DNA from: Phoronis australis
Lineage: Eukaryota; Animalia; Phoronida
Direction: 5' to 3'
NCBI GenBank assembly: GCA_002633005.1
Contig: NMRA01000414.1
Span: 186,001 to 250,000, forward strand
Length of the DNA: 64,000 bases
Shown: in pieces, positions 12,479 through 27,400 of the stretch
Position numbering within the stretch: position 1 is the stretch's first letter
How the letters are laid out: every line of letters begins with the position of its first letter
Translations under genes and position numbers: made by a program
Notes under the pieces: model-generated
Databases searched by the model: none
Told to the model about the DNA's origin: nothing
Seen by the model: only the letters and a program-made list of their open reading frames with translations

Positions 12479-15400
12479 GTAGATGTGAAAATTAGTTTCT
12501 TAAACTCGACACTGAATCCAAAGGTGAATTAAATTTTTACAAAAATTGTGGTATTATTTATTTTAGAGTGATGTATAAGGTCTTCCTGATGGCTTCCAGA
12601 ACTTAACCTAAACAGGGGTGGATCCAGGATTTTTTAAAAGGGGGATCGGATCAAGGAATTTTTAGAAAGGGGTCTAAGTCAACAATTTGAAAATTCTAGA
12701 TTTGATATCACTAAAATCAAGAAAAAAGGGGTTCCGAACCCCCTTGAACCCCTGAATCCGCCTATGCTAAAGAATCAAATTTTCATCTCCATAATTACAT
12801 TTCTTGGCTTGCCGTGTTTAAATGCTATCCTCCACATTTTTCCTGAAGGTTGCACATTTCTTAACCTAAGTCACAGCTGTATTATAAATCAGTAATTATG
12901 CTGCGTAGTCATAATGACACTTACAGAAGAAATCAGTTAGCAATTTCATGTTCGGATGACCAACCAAGTTACTGATACTTTTTGCTATCTTGTTTAGCTG
13001 ACTAAAAATGAAAATCGAATTACTTTTTACTAATTGGTCTCCTATTATTATAGGTTTCTATTTCCGTTACAAGAACATGGCTACTGCCAACGAAAAGAAA
13101 ACGCTTCAATTTTATTGTGGTTGACCAACCCGAAACTAGCTTATGTATGGATTGCCTGCGACTCGAGTTGCTTACTCATTCTTAATCAGTTCAAGGTCTT
13201 ATGTGCATGATAATGTTTTACATGTCAAATCGCTTCGGTACAGGACTCAACATTCACGACTAAGCAGCAACAAAATATAGCTTTAACCCACTGCTTACCA
13301 TTGATAACCCATGACTTTTTCACTTTAACTCTATTCATTAAATAAGTCAATATTTTAACACGACGATTGTTTTGCGTCAGAAGTTTTGCTATAGCATTCA
13401 CGGTCATATTTCAATTCTTGTAGAGAGGAGAAGTCAAGATGGATGGTGACAGAGAGCGCCACATTTCCCAACTGTTGCATCAAATCCGAACCAGTGACGC
13501 AGTAGAAACACAACCGTCTACATCCTACCGGAACATAGACGATGACTGGGAAGATGCTCAAAACTCGGCGGACGCGCAACCACCAAAGGAATCTCGAGAC
13601 TTTTTCCGCATAGATAAAACTGGCTGTAGGAGTTTTGAGATGGGCAGTTGTGATTTTGCTGGAGCGTCAGCTATGGACGTTAGTGATGATGACATCGATG
13701 GTGCTGATGGTGATGATGATGATGGTGATGATGACTCTGGGGAAGAGGTGCCTAAAGTGACAGATTTGTATCATTACAACGAGGAGAGGCAGGACGTGGC
13801 CATAGATTACATTCCTCTTGGGCAGTTGGGTCACAGTGCACACGGTATGAGCAAATCGGTATTGGCAACTTATTAACATAAGTTGTGTAGTTAGATGTTA
13901 TGCAGTTGTGTTTATTTAACACATGGTTTCACGTCTAGGATGTTTCTGTAGTTGGTATGAGGAATGCGTCTGATCGAGAGAAGCTGTCACATAACGAGTA
14001 AGAAAGTTTTACTATTTCAAACATGTTATAATGACTATGCATTAATTTGTGATAGTGATTGTCATTTTCGATTTGTCTTGAATAAAGCAGCCCGATGTCT
14101 GTTTAATTAACAGCAGTCGTAGCAAGATGATGGACAATAATGTTCAGAGAGGTGAATTACTAGGTGCGAAAAATCACCACTTCTGCAACTTCCTAACTGA
14201 CTGGTTCCGAGAGAAATTGTGTTGTTCTCATAGACAATAACTGCAGGGTCCTGGTTCATTAGCCAGACAACTTACGCGACACTCGTTTGAGGCAGTGGAC
14301 GTGAGGGTGCTGGACAGAGAAAGTTCTTGGTTTGAGTAGGGTGTCAGAGAGGCTGTATTGTTGAAAACCGGGAATCCCTCTTGAATAGACACGGAGAAGT
14401 CTGTTTTAAGTTGTCTGACACATGGTCCATTATCCTGCAGTTGCTGGAAACGCCATCAGAGGGTGACACAACTTTCGTGGAACCCCTAGTTGAATGAGCA
14501 ATGTAGCTCCAAAACGACAGGAAAATTTTTACAGTAAGTTTGTGAAGTTGCAATCTATAATTTTTCACGTCCAGACAATTCAACAGGCTTATGGTGGTGA
14601 TGGCTGTTGTTCGTCATTGCTAATAATTACAATGAGATTCTTTAAAAAAACATGCAATGATGTTGCAATCACAAAAATATTGCTACATCTCAGCTGCAAC
14701 TGGCGCACATCCTTTTAATTTCTTTTTTTTGTTGTCCTGCGACTAGCGCACTTTGTAGTAATCCATGGATACAAACATTTATAGCACTTAGACTGTGACA
14801 AGAGTTTTCAAATTTAAGCATTGTGTGAAATAAGGATGAAATAAGCAGGCTGCTGATGAAGCCTTTGACTGTTACTATTAGTCAGACATCACGTGATTAT
14901 GTTTGTCTAGATACTGTACTGTACTTAGTAGATTACCCTCACAATTACTGATCCCGTTATCGTCACAGACTCCGACTACTCGCTGTTACAAGACGTACCA
15001 AGACTAAACGAAGAGTATCTCAACGAGTTGACACAAAAGAAGTCTGATGCTCATTACAGAGATGTGCGTGTGTTCCGTAAGAAACTGCCTTCGTATGGTA
15101 TGCGGGATAAAATTGTTGAGGTGATAGAGTCCAACCAAGTCACTGTCATTAGTGGAGAGACTGGATGTGGGAAAACTACTCAGGTACGACACAATGCATA
15201 GACAGTTGTCTCGTGGAGGGTGGTCATGTTTTTGTTTTTATTTGTCTGTCATTGGTTTAATCAAAAATTTGTTAACGCAGTTTGAAGCAATTTTCACGAG
15301 AAGCTGGAAATGGACAAAAAGACTGGGGATAAAATTTTCGGAATGATCTTTTGCATAAAAACATCATAACATTCATCACAAAATGATTGTGAAGTGATCA

Positions 15401-18400
15401 CATTCCCTTTGTTGTGGTCTTATCTGGGTCCTGTTCCCAGCCTGTTTCATAAGGTTTCAGGATGGGCCCGGACGTTACATGGGGTATCGCTATCAAACCT
15501 GATGTAACTGGTCTTTTGCTTCACGTTATATTTACTGATGCTCAATATTACAGGTCACCCAGTTTATCCTGGATCACTACATCCAGGCCAACAAAGGTTC
15601 TCTCTGCCACGTAGTGTGTACTCAACCAAGAAGAATTAGTGCAGTTTCTGTGAGTGAGATTAGATTACCATCTAATTAAGAACTTCTGCATTTAAGGACA
15701 CAAAATGGTGGACAAGTAGCTGAGTACCATCAAAGTAGTGGTTAAGTTTAAAACTGTAGCTAACATTGAAAATTATTTTGGAAAAATTCCGACATTCACA
15801 AATCGGACTGTTTGAAGCTGTAAATAAACAAAAGTAACTATTCAAGCAATTATAATTGTCTGAAATTGCTGAGATTATACCTTATTATTTTCTCTGGGCC
15901 GTGGGATGGATTTTACTCGTATTCTTTCCTTTCAATGTTGGATATAATGTCCTAGGAATGTTAAGCAATCCAGAAAATTAAACTTGCTGAAGTACTACAA
16001 AGTGTCAGGTTTTGCTAATTGAGATTTCTTAATTAAGATTTCACATGCTTTAATTAAGATTTCACATGCTTTAAGTAAGATTTCAAATGCTTAAGATTTC
16101 ACATGCTTTAAGATTTCACCTTTTAATTGAGATTTCACATGCTTTAATTAAGATTTCACATGCTTTAATTAAGATTTCACTTGCTTAAAAATAATATTTT
16201 TGTCTTGTTTCGCATAATTCAAAATCAATTGCTTGATATTGAATATATGTTTAATACCGACTTTTGTTACTCTGCTTTTCTTAAGGTCCCTTGATACATT
16301 AATGTCATATTCCCTACCAGTCCCGCACTCATGATAAAACTGAAACTAGATAGGCAGTTTGTGCAACACATGTAGCCGTCCAGCGAACAAAGATTCGAAC
16401 CTTGACCTCAGTGACAAGTAGGAGTCAGTTGCCTGAACCACTGTGCTCTGCTGTCGGTGTCATAGCTTCAGAGCATTCGTTTCACGTGGTCGTTTTAGGT
16501 CGCAGAAAGAGTTGCTGATGAGAGAAGTGAACCCTGTGGCAGATCTGTAGGATATCAAATCAGGCTAGAGAAGTAAGTAGTATTTACCAATATGAAGCAG
16601 TATTTATCAACATAAAGTAGTATGTACCAATATAAAACAGTATGTACCACTTAATCATGAGGTGCCATGAACAAATATGAAGCAGCATAATTACCAATAT
16701 TAGGAATTATGTGCCAATAACGAACCAATATAAAACAACATGTGTCAGGATGAAGCTGTTTATACAATATGAAGCACTATGAACTGGACAGTCTGAAGCT
16801 CTTTTCACAATAAAATACTTCTGTATAAATTTCCGTAAAAGACTGCACAAACTTGGGAATCACTTTCATGAGAGTATACCAATGGGTAGAGGGTCAAGTC
16901 TTGTTGGTGCCATGTGACTGAAATCATAAAGTGTTACTTGTACAAATTACCTTTAAAATTAAGTTGATGTTTTATCACTCGCCAAGTAGGCTAATGCAAA
17001 TCACCAGCATATAATCGTATTTATTATCACATTGTTCTTAGCTTTCTGTGTTCCGTAGCGCGGTCAGTCTGGTGCAGGTAATGGTTTCGGATTACATACA
17101 ATATGACAATAGTGTAACAGTGCTCATGTGTTAGTGTTACATTTGTGTACGCGTATAAAATAGACATGCAGCGTTCCTTGTTTTTCTCCTTTTCAGCAAA
17201 CTCCCTCGCCAACAAGGATCCATCTTGTATTGTACAACTGGAATATTAATCAAATGCCTTCAAGGAGATCCGTAAGTTTTGCTAATACTTTGCTACAGCT
17301 GTTATAGCATGTTTTTATTTATTGATGAGACATAGAAATAGTTACGTGTGAGTTTTAAAAAGTTGCAGAGTCGAGCATGTATTTATCTTTAAAAATTCTG
17401 TCTTGAAAGTGAAAAATAACTTCTTACAATATTTTTTTTTGAGTTTTGAAGTACTGTCAGCAAAGTTCAGGCAGAAAAATCCAGTAAATGACTGAAATAT
17501 TAAGGGTGCAAGTTTCGACCATTAAGGCATATTGTAATTATTAATATATAATGTAATTTACGTAATCAGGCTTCCGTTTTTGTGATTGCTCAATTGAAGT
17601 TAGTCTGTTGATGACTCACCGAATAAAAATGTGTTTACTTGGGTTAGGGTTGTTGGATTTCTGCATGTCAACACGTGGTAACAATAACCAATACAAGTTC
17701 AGGTCAGAGATCATTAGTAGGATTCAGAATGTTGAATGTGGAATTTTGGAGACAAATGGATTCCAATTGTAAGAGTAATATGTTAATTATCGGTAAAAGC
17801 AACCCAATGATTGTCGCTGACCGAAATGAAGTCCACACACTGCCAGCTTAGTGCCAGGGTATCTGGATGTCGCCTGTAAATTAGTAGGTGTAGAAATGTA
17901 AATTACAAATTCCATTTAATGAAACACAAGTGGGAATATTCACAGGACTTATTATTGGTTTTTGTTTGATTAAAGGAATTCTGAATGTGTTATTGATCTT
18001 TATCTTGAGATTTAAGTGTCTCTCCAAGTATGTACGCTTGGCTGGCTGAAGGCCTTGCTACATAACTTTGTAATTCAAAAAGATTTGTGATTGACCTTAC
18101 AAGTACACCATTTCAATACATGTATGCGTGAAATCCAACATTTGTTGTTGTGTGAGGAAACCATGACGATGAACTTGTGCTAGTGTTTAATTTTGTAGTT
18201 GATTGCATTTAAAATAATTAATATTAAAATTGAATTTAACATTTGTCCTTCATATTTGTCTTTCGAAGACATAGCCTCTATGTTTACAGTCTATTGTCCA
18301 AGACATCTCATGTTATCTTGGACGAAATCCACGAGCGGAACCTACTGTCGGATTTCTTGATTATTATCCTGCGAGATTTACTGCCGAGACGACCCGACCT

Positions 18401-21400
18401 TAAACTGGTGTTGATGAGCGCCACGTTGAATGCTGACAAATTTTCTGAATATTTTGGTGAGTATTTTCATGAGTCATTGGTGTGTATTCGGCGTATTTTA
18501 AATCAGTTGAAACACATTAAAACGGGAAGCAAATTAGTGATATGCAAGGAAAAGACCGCTTCATTTCATACATCAATGGGTTTGTAAGATTAGATACTGT
18601 TCTGTAGAATACTTAACTAGTTATCATCTGCTTAATTTGAACTTGACTACCACTGCTTGCAATGCAATGCACGTGCGCTTAATTATGTAAACATACATGT
18701 CAAACCATTTTGAATGTTAGCTGTAGAATTTTGAAAGAATTGCGTATTTTTCAATAAGACTCTTATAAGATGATTGTCGTAGGCAAGTAACTTATCTTCT
18801 ATTAATTGGGCCATGTGACCATTTCTTTTTAGTAAAATTTCGCGAAACAAATTAAGGTACATCCCTAGCAAAACAATGGTTTTAATGACATGACCAAATT
18901 TGGCTTGATGTAAATATATAAGATGAAAACTCAAAAACGTTAGTTTTCTAATTTTTTTGAGTTTTTTCATGAAAAAGGTATGTTTTTGAGGGCATCTACT
19001 GCAAACGCAATATATCTTAACAATATTATTCCTAACAGCTGTTTGGTGAACATTACACGATATTTGAATGTTTCATTTGAATCTGATTACCTATTTCTTA
19101 AATACAGTGTTCCGAAGTTTGCCAGATTTGGCATTTTTCGAGTTCCCTACATAACCTAAAGACTGTAAGGACTTACAGTGCTGTAAACTCATTAAGACTT
19201 AGTGGTAATGGTTAAGATTTGACATGCATGATGTAAGTTTGTGGATTGTACAATTATCGATTCGTTGTTGTTCCACCAGGTGGCTGTCCAATAGTTCACA
19301 TACCTGGCTTCACATTTCCAGTGGAGGAATATTTTATGGAGGACATTGTTGAAATGATTGAGTAAGTATTTGAGAAGAATACTTGAATAATGCCATGATT
19401 GTTTAGAAAACAACCCCTTTCATAACATTGTGGGCCTGCCCTGTTGTTTTTGTTACATTTTTCATGATGTAAAACTTTTTTCAGTTGATTTCTTACGTTT
19501 TTGTCTGGTTACTGGAGCTCAGAAATGGTTGCCTGTATTTACAGTTATCATCCCCAAGGCGATGCCCTCAAGCCCACCAGGCCAAAGTTCAAACGGTTTG
19601 GCCTAAGTCGAAAAGAACAGCTGGACCAGTACAGAGAGTATCAAGTCAGCTTTAGTGATTGGCTAGAGTCGCAAAGGTCAAAGTGCGTAGAGCTTCCAAA
19701 ATTATATGTTATCTTGTTTAGGTTTATATTCTATGATTTGGGGAAGTACTACGTGAACAATTCACTGTGTATGCTTATGTATGTATGAAATTTATTTTAT
19801 ACGGGATACAAATTGTACAGAAAATGTTGACAAGATGTTCGTAATTTCTGAGCCTTTAAAATGGTTATGAAATAGTTCAAGTTGTGAACAGATTCATCGC
19901 TGGACGCCTCTTTGCACCCTAGGTGGTATTTCAGGCCGCTGCGCTCAGTAACACATTAAGTTTCGGAATAAGCCTGCCCTTTTTTCTGAAACAGCTCCCA
20001 GAGGATGTAAAATCTTTTCGGGGACATTCCCTGTATGAATTTATACAATGCTAACAGCAAAGAAGTGGAGATAACAGTCCCATGTTTTTAGTGTGTAAAA
20101 GCGACAATTTAACTTCTAGGCAGTCATCCTCTGTATGTTTAGTGACTGCAATTCTGGAGTGGGTTCATTACCAATAGGATGTTAATTCTTATGGGTAGCC
20201 TTCACGTTGCAAACTCTTTGAACAAATTTTTAAAGCGAAAATCTTTGTGTAATTAGTGTGCGTTGTTCCCTTCAGCTACGCCAACTATACTCTGGACACG
20301 CTGAGCAGGATGAACCTGGACGAGATAGATATAACTCTCATCATAGAACTCATTAAACACATCGTGCTTACCAAAGAGGTGAGGCTGAACAGTGCTGGAG
20401 TGTTGGAATTATTGTGCATTGGTCCATGGGTATTTTAATGGCCTCGTCAAAGGAAACGCTCAGTTTGTATTCACTACTGTCGGACAAAAAAACTGCAAGA
20501 TTTTTGAACCGTTTATTCCTATTATGAACAACAACCGAAATTTTACAAGAGTGATCGCTTTCAAAAGTTGTTACTCTGACTTAATTTTGTATAAATTTTC
20601 AGCCGGTATAAATTTTCAGCCGGTATAAGATGCAGTGAACGTTGCACTTTTTGTCTGGATGAGCATCGGGTGAAATGAAAGGTTACTTTTGCATTTCAGG
20701 ATGGGGCTATTCTGGTGTTCCTACCTGGTTGGGACCTCATCAGCAAGCTACACAAGCAGTTGATGGCTCTGCCCATGTTTAACTCGAGTAAGTTCTTACT
20801 GTGAATCATCATTAAAAGTGTGAGAAAAGATAAGCTTCCCATCCTCAAAATGTAGAAGTGCACTAGGGTCTGAGCACTGCATTGGTTGAGAACTACCCAG
20901 AAGTGTTTGACATTCTTACGTTTGTTTTTCCACAGTTTGTTGTTGTCATATACATTAGGAAGACTGTACTCCCATTTACGTATTCTCGTAGAAATTCACA
21001 TTTTTTTCTAGTTATTAAAATACCTGTTTGCTCACAAATCACGCGCATAATGAATGAGTAGTTGATAAGTGAAATTTTCTTTACTTAGGGCCGCAAAACA
21101 GCTTGAAATAAGGCAGCCTACCAGTGGAAAGTGGTAGCGAATTCTTATTCAAGATTTGATATCATTTTGAGGTTGAGATAAACTGCCACAACATTAAATT
21201 TAGGGGTACCTGTATCTGATTGAAGTATTTTGTGCCTTTAAACGTGGGGCACTGTGCTAGATACTGAATAAGTTAAAATGATTTCAGGCAAATTTCTTTT
21301 GTTGCCTCTTCACTCTCTCATGCCTACCGTGAACCAACGAGCAATCTTCAACCGTCCTCCCCCTGGTGTTAGAAAGGTTGTAATAGCGACCAACATAGCC

Positions 21401-24400
21401 GAGACCAGTATTACCATTGATGACGTTGTCTACGTCATTGACTGTGGTAAAATAAAGCTGAAAAACTTCGACGCTAGTAGTAACATCAGTACTTTGCTGC
21501 CCGAGTGGGTCAGCAAGGCTAATGCCAAGCAACGGAGTGGGCGGGCCGGAAGGTGAGGTTCCTTGATTGACATTAGTTTGTATTGTTACATCACTGATGT
21601 GTTTGCATAATTGACAGTTTACTGAAGAAAGCTTGTCCATTCAATAAAATATATTGTGTGAAATATTCAAAATGCTTATTTTAGCACATTGGATTTCCCT
21701 CTGGTCGTTTTTGACTCACATAATTAATTTTATTTTAATTGGTGAATTCCTAAACGTCAGTGTTTTTCATGGGTAATACGATATCCATGTTGTACGTTTC
21801 AGGGTACAACCAGGTCAGTGTTATCACTTATACACAAGGTTTCAAGACAGTCAGCTTGATGACTATCAACTTCCAGAGATGTTGAGAACACGGTTGGAAG
21901 AACTGTGTCTACAAATAAAGGTAAGAACAGTCATTTGAAATATAATGTTTAGTTAAAGGCAGGAGACCCTTGGCTATAACATAGAAATTATAATTTGATA
22001 AAAGTGTGCCGACTGCTGTATGAATAATTCTCTGCCAAGTGTTGCTTGTCAGATGGACCAGAACCACTTGATTGACTTACCCTTCCTGCTAGGTCAACCA
22101 GCTAAGAGATCTGATTGGTTCTTGATGACAACTTCCAGTTTACAAACCAATCAGGTGTGTTAGCTGATTGACCCGGCAGAGCTGGCAAAATCAAGCAAGT
22201 GCGGCAGTTGTGTTTATCTCCCTAGTCTGCCTAATTATTTACGATTTTCATCATGAATGTGCTTGCATTAAATGTCAAAATATTAGACAACTCAATCTGT
22301 ATGTCATTTTATGGCTTCTTAAGGAAAAGGGATAATTTAAAAATTAAGCTAACAAGCGTTTTCATTGTGGTATGAGAATTTGTTAGTGTGCTATGAAACA
22401 TGTGAATAATTGCATTAAATTGCATTGGACTGTGTCATTTGAATGTTGAAAGCATTTGTATCTTTCAGATACTAAAATTAGGACGTATTTTGCCCTTTGT
22501 GCAGAAAGCCATGGAACCCCCATCTATGACTGCTTTGGAATGTGCCATCAGAATGCTTGAGGATTTAGTAAGCTTGACCGAGTTAAACAATCTGCTTTTG
22601 TGCCCATATTGCATAGACCTGAAAGAAATTATTTGGTTTGGATTTTGTTCCTTCCTCGTATGCTGTGACAAAATTCGGTTTTGCTACTTTTACCTTTTCC
22701 AAAATGGCGAGTTAAAAGCAAAATGCAAAGTGCTTGAAATACCATGTTTGTTTTATTGATACTGCAGTTTTGTTGGACTGGGTAATTTGCCTAAATTTCT
22801 GCCTTGATTTTCTGAAACCATACATGAATTACCACGACTGTTTGTTATCCGTCTTTCAAATTGCCATCCCACTACTTGCCGCAGGACCTAATAAATGCTG
22901 TACAGTGTTATTCATTGATGATCCCTAAGATCACATTGTAATCATATTCTCTGTTTACAGAGTGCACTGGATGCTGATGAGGAACTGACCCCCCTCGGCT
23001 TCCACCTCGCCAAAATGCCGATGGACCCCCAAGTAGGAAAGGTGATTCTGTTTGGGGCCATGTTCTCGTGCCTTGATCCCATTCTGACTGTGGCTGCCAG
23101 TCTCAGCTTCAAGGACGCATTCACAGTACCTTTAGTAAGTAAACAGTGAGTTGGACTGTCAGAATTTCGGTTTGCTAATTTTTGTTACTTGGCTGTTTTT
23201 GGTTTTGACTTTTGTCCGTTAATTGTTAACAATGGCTTGACTGATTTAGCTGAAACATTACACAGAGTTGAGGAAGTGCCGACACCAATCAATTACATGG
23301 TATTGCACTGTACTGAAACCTTTCATGTCTGAAGTGAATACATATGATATTGTATGCCTATTGTTGTTCTATCCTAAACTGACGTCTGTATGGTCTAGTA
23401 ACTGATGCAGCTAGACATTCTTTTTATTCTTTAGGGTAAGGAGAAGCTTGTGGACATGAGGAAGAGAGATCTGTCACGGGGCTCTAGGAGTGACCACATC
23501 ATGCTGGTGAATGCATTCAGTGGCTGGGAGAGGGCCAGGGGGAGGGGAACAAGTAGGCAATACTGCTGGGATAACTTCATGTCTGAGGAAACACTTAGGG
23601 TAAATACTTCACGTCACAGCATTTCATGCACTTGCATCTCTTAAAGGTACTATACACTGTCCTTAAAAGTATATCCCAATGTAAACTAAAAGTGATATCT
23701 GGGTTTGGGAAAAAGTTTGTTAGTGCTTGTGGCTATTCTTAGCGCTTAAAGTGACTTGCTGAGTCAAGCCAACTTAGTTTTAGGTGCTATCTATATATCC
23801 TTTCTTCCAAAATCTAGAAATCATGTCTAATCTCTATGCAGAATAAAGAAATCAAAGGTTAGTTACTGAATGCAGGTTTATAACACCTTTAAAAGAATTG
23901 TTGTTATTGCAAGGCTGGAATCTGCTCGAAAATTGGGCAGTATGGTTGATTCAGTTTCTGTGAAGTGAAAAATGGACTGTAATAGGCCCTTCCTGAAATA
24001 GCGCAGCATCATTCTTATTCTATGGTATTTACCCACAGTAGAACACGTGTGAAGGACCTGTCCTGCCTCTTCATGTGCAAATTCACAACTCCTTACCTTG
24101 TATACTAGTTAGTATGTAATTCATCATTGTATTGCAGGCAAAATTGTATTTGTAGTGTTTTTGAGTTGCAAGGCCGACACCAAGAAATTTGATCACTGCT
24201 GGATCTGCAAAGTATTATATTCTTTTCTTGTTTATCAATTCTGGAGTGCCTGACATTTTGAAAAGTATGTCAGTCATGCAATGCATATTTCTACCTCGCG
24301 AAAGAGGAGAGTTCAATCCAGGATGGGCCTATTACAATCATTGAGTTTTGCTACTCTTTGGTTGTGCTGTCATTTTTATCCCAGCCTGACTTTTCTTTAT

Positions 24401-27400
24401 GAATAGATACTATGTTTAATTACCACACTTGTTGACTTACATCAAATCTGGTATTATAAAATATTCCCCGAAGCAGCACAGTTTAGGACTGATCAAAAAA
24501 GTAGAAGAAAATTCAAGAGATAAGAATGACCACTAAAGAATGTAAATGCTGCTACAAATTAAGAGGCCACTGAATTCTTGTTTAGTGGAATCCTTGACTG
24601 TAAATTACCACCACTGTTGTTTCAGTTGCTGTCTCAGATGAAGAAGCAGCTGGCTGAACTCCTGCATGAACTAGGCTTCCTTTCCAACAGTGATGTGAAG
24701 GGCAGGGACTCCAATCTACACTCTGGTAGGGCAGTTTGTCACATTAGTGCTGTAACAGTTTCTTACTCGCTGTTTTATTATAAATAAGAAAGTTATCTAA
24801 AACTCATTACTGGAGCTAAACATCCATCGATTTATGAAATTTTTCATTTCCAGCGTGAAAATTTCTTTCCAGTGGGATAGAAATTACAAGGTTTACAATG
24901 CATAGCAGCCTTCAACAAGTAATCTGTTTCTTATTCTCAGAGAAAAAGTTGAATGTTTGAATATTGAGCATTTCATTTTAAATTGCTTAGCTCTGCACCA
25001 GTATTGCTCTTGGTGATATTTTAAACATGCTCTGGTACATGGTGTGGAGTATTTTACGTTGTCTCTATTTTGAAACCTGTAAACCACTTATTTTTCAGAT
25101 AATCTCAGTCTCGTGAAAGCCATCATATGTGCGGGTCTGTACCCAAACGTGGCTAAAATCCAAACGAATCTGAAGGAGACGGCCAGAGTGTAAGTTGGGT
25201 TTCGTTTCGCGGTTCTTGTGTAGGAAACTTGAAATGTTTTAATTTTGCTGATTTTCCGAGCGTGCGTGCCCTTCCTCATGGGAGTTTGTCCCAATCTCAA
25301 CATTGTCAAAAATATTATTGAACCACTAAATCGGGTGGAGGTCTCAAACAACATAAGAAATGTTCATTTTGGCATGTCCATGATTTTTAATGCTTATTGT
25401 AGAGGAGCACATATTTTAAAGCGGCTAAAGAGCTGCTTTCCATCAAACAAGCCAATTTGAGTTAGGCCACTTACCGCTATAAAATTGGTCTCGGTTTATT
25501 ACTCCCAGTGTATAAAATGACACGTCATGACTAGCTTATTTGAAGAGTCCAGTCTCAAGAAGTAATGAACTGTCAGTTCTTTCGAAGTCTTGAAATCACC
25601 TCCGTTTTGACTAAGGAACAATTCGAGACCTCATACATTGTAAGTGGTCCAAATCAAAATTCGTTTTTTATTATGGAAGGCGTGTTTACAGCCATTTTAA
25701 CGAGCGCTATGTGAACCGTGGGATCGTTTTGAAGAGTGTGTGGTAACTAAATTATTATTTCTTGTTCTTAATGGATGTGATTCACTCAATGATTTGTCAC
25801 TGCTTTCGATAGTGTGAGGTTGATCTTGCAAAATATTACATTATTCATTCAGGTTGTCATTTCTGCTCATTGCTTACTTGTCTATTTTGCAGAGTGAAAC
25901 TATACTCTAAGGAGAACAGCGGGAAGATTGAGTTCCACCCAAAATCTGTTAATTCCAGTGAGAGACAGTTTGATTCCAAGTGGGTGGTCTACCACTTGAA
26001 AATGAGAACCTCAGGAGTAGGTTATTGCAATAGAATTTCACATTTTCAATCTGTTTTAAATATTGCTTCTGTCAAAAAGTAAAATGTGTTTGAGGCAGGC
26101 TACAGTTGTGAGATTGGTCTTGAATTGCTCCTTGCTCAAATAAGAAGTGATATTTTTTGGTCTTTGAATGAAACATCTCACATTTGATTTTTGCTCAATT
26201 CTGGGCTCGGCAACAAGTTGTCTTGACCATGGCCTGGGGTATGATCTTTGTACCCTAAACACAACTCGAAAATTGACCAGTGGCATGGTAGCTTTGCGTA
26301 TTACTAAAAATGGGCACTATAATAATGCTGCATGATAGATGAAGTTTTGAATCGGCTCAGATGAATCATTGTATGTGCGGATCATGACCTCAAGCAATGG
26401 GCAACTGCTTGCTCCTCAGATGCCCAGAAACCACTTGGTGTCTAGGAACATGTTGAGACCAGTTTTGTAACTCTAAGTGGCCTATTGGCGGAAGGCGGGT
26501 TCATAGTGGTGTTATTAGTCCATGTCAAGTTTAATGCGTATACTTATGATATCTGCTTCCAGCAATAATGGTCGAGTTAACTTAGTAATTAGCATGTTGT
26601 CACCTTCAAAACTTTCTTGTATACAAATCAAAATTAGTAGACAGGTTAATTAAAGAAGTCACTACGACTAATTATTATTAGGAACCAATGCCACAGTTGC
26701 CATGGAAACACTTGTCTGGGGCTTAGCATGTCATAATTCATAACATGAATCCTACTTTATAACTAACGTATATTAACTTACATATAATATTTGATATCCC
26801 ATGATGATGAAATATTTTAAATCTTTACCGTTGGTGTATCCCCATACCTGGTGAATTTATTACCTGACATGGAGACGGGTGTCTCTCCAGCTCGTGTGTC
26901 AATCGTTCTGCTTAAAATGCAGGTTACCATGACTTCAATCACCACCTGGCACCAATTTTTCCAGTCATTACAGACCACAATTAACTGCGTACAACATTTG
27001 GTGACAAAATGAGTTGAGACATAACGAATGGCTTTGAATGAATTCACTCTGTACTTTTACATATCACTTACTGTGAATAATTGTGTTTTTTCAGGTTTAT
27101 CTATACGACTCAACTATGGTGTCGCCGTATCCACTTTTGTTCTTTGGAGGCAACATAACTACATCGAGGGTGAGTTGTCACTCTGATTCACTGAGCCCGT
27201 CATGTGCTTAAAAGCTAAATTTGCGTCTCGATCGCAGCATGTAATTGTCAATAAACCACCTGAATGTTCATACCCATGTCATTTCAGCCTGTATATCTCT
27301 CTTATCAAGGATAAACTTCTTACACGTATCCCTCAAGTTGCTTGGGAGCTTCCGAATGTGACCTCATCAGCAACCCGTTTATTTAAATATTTGATTAAAG

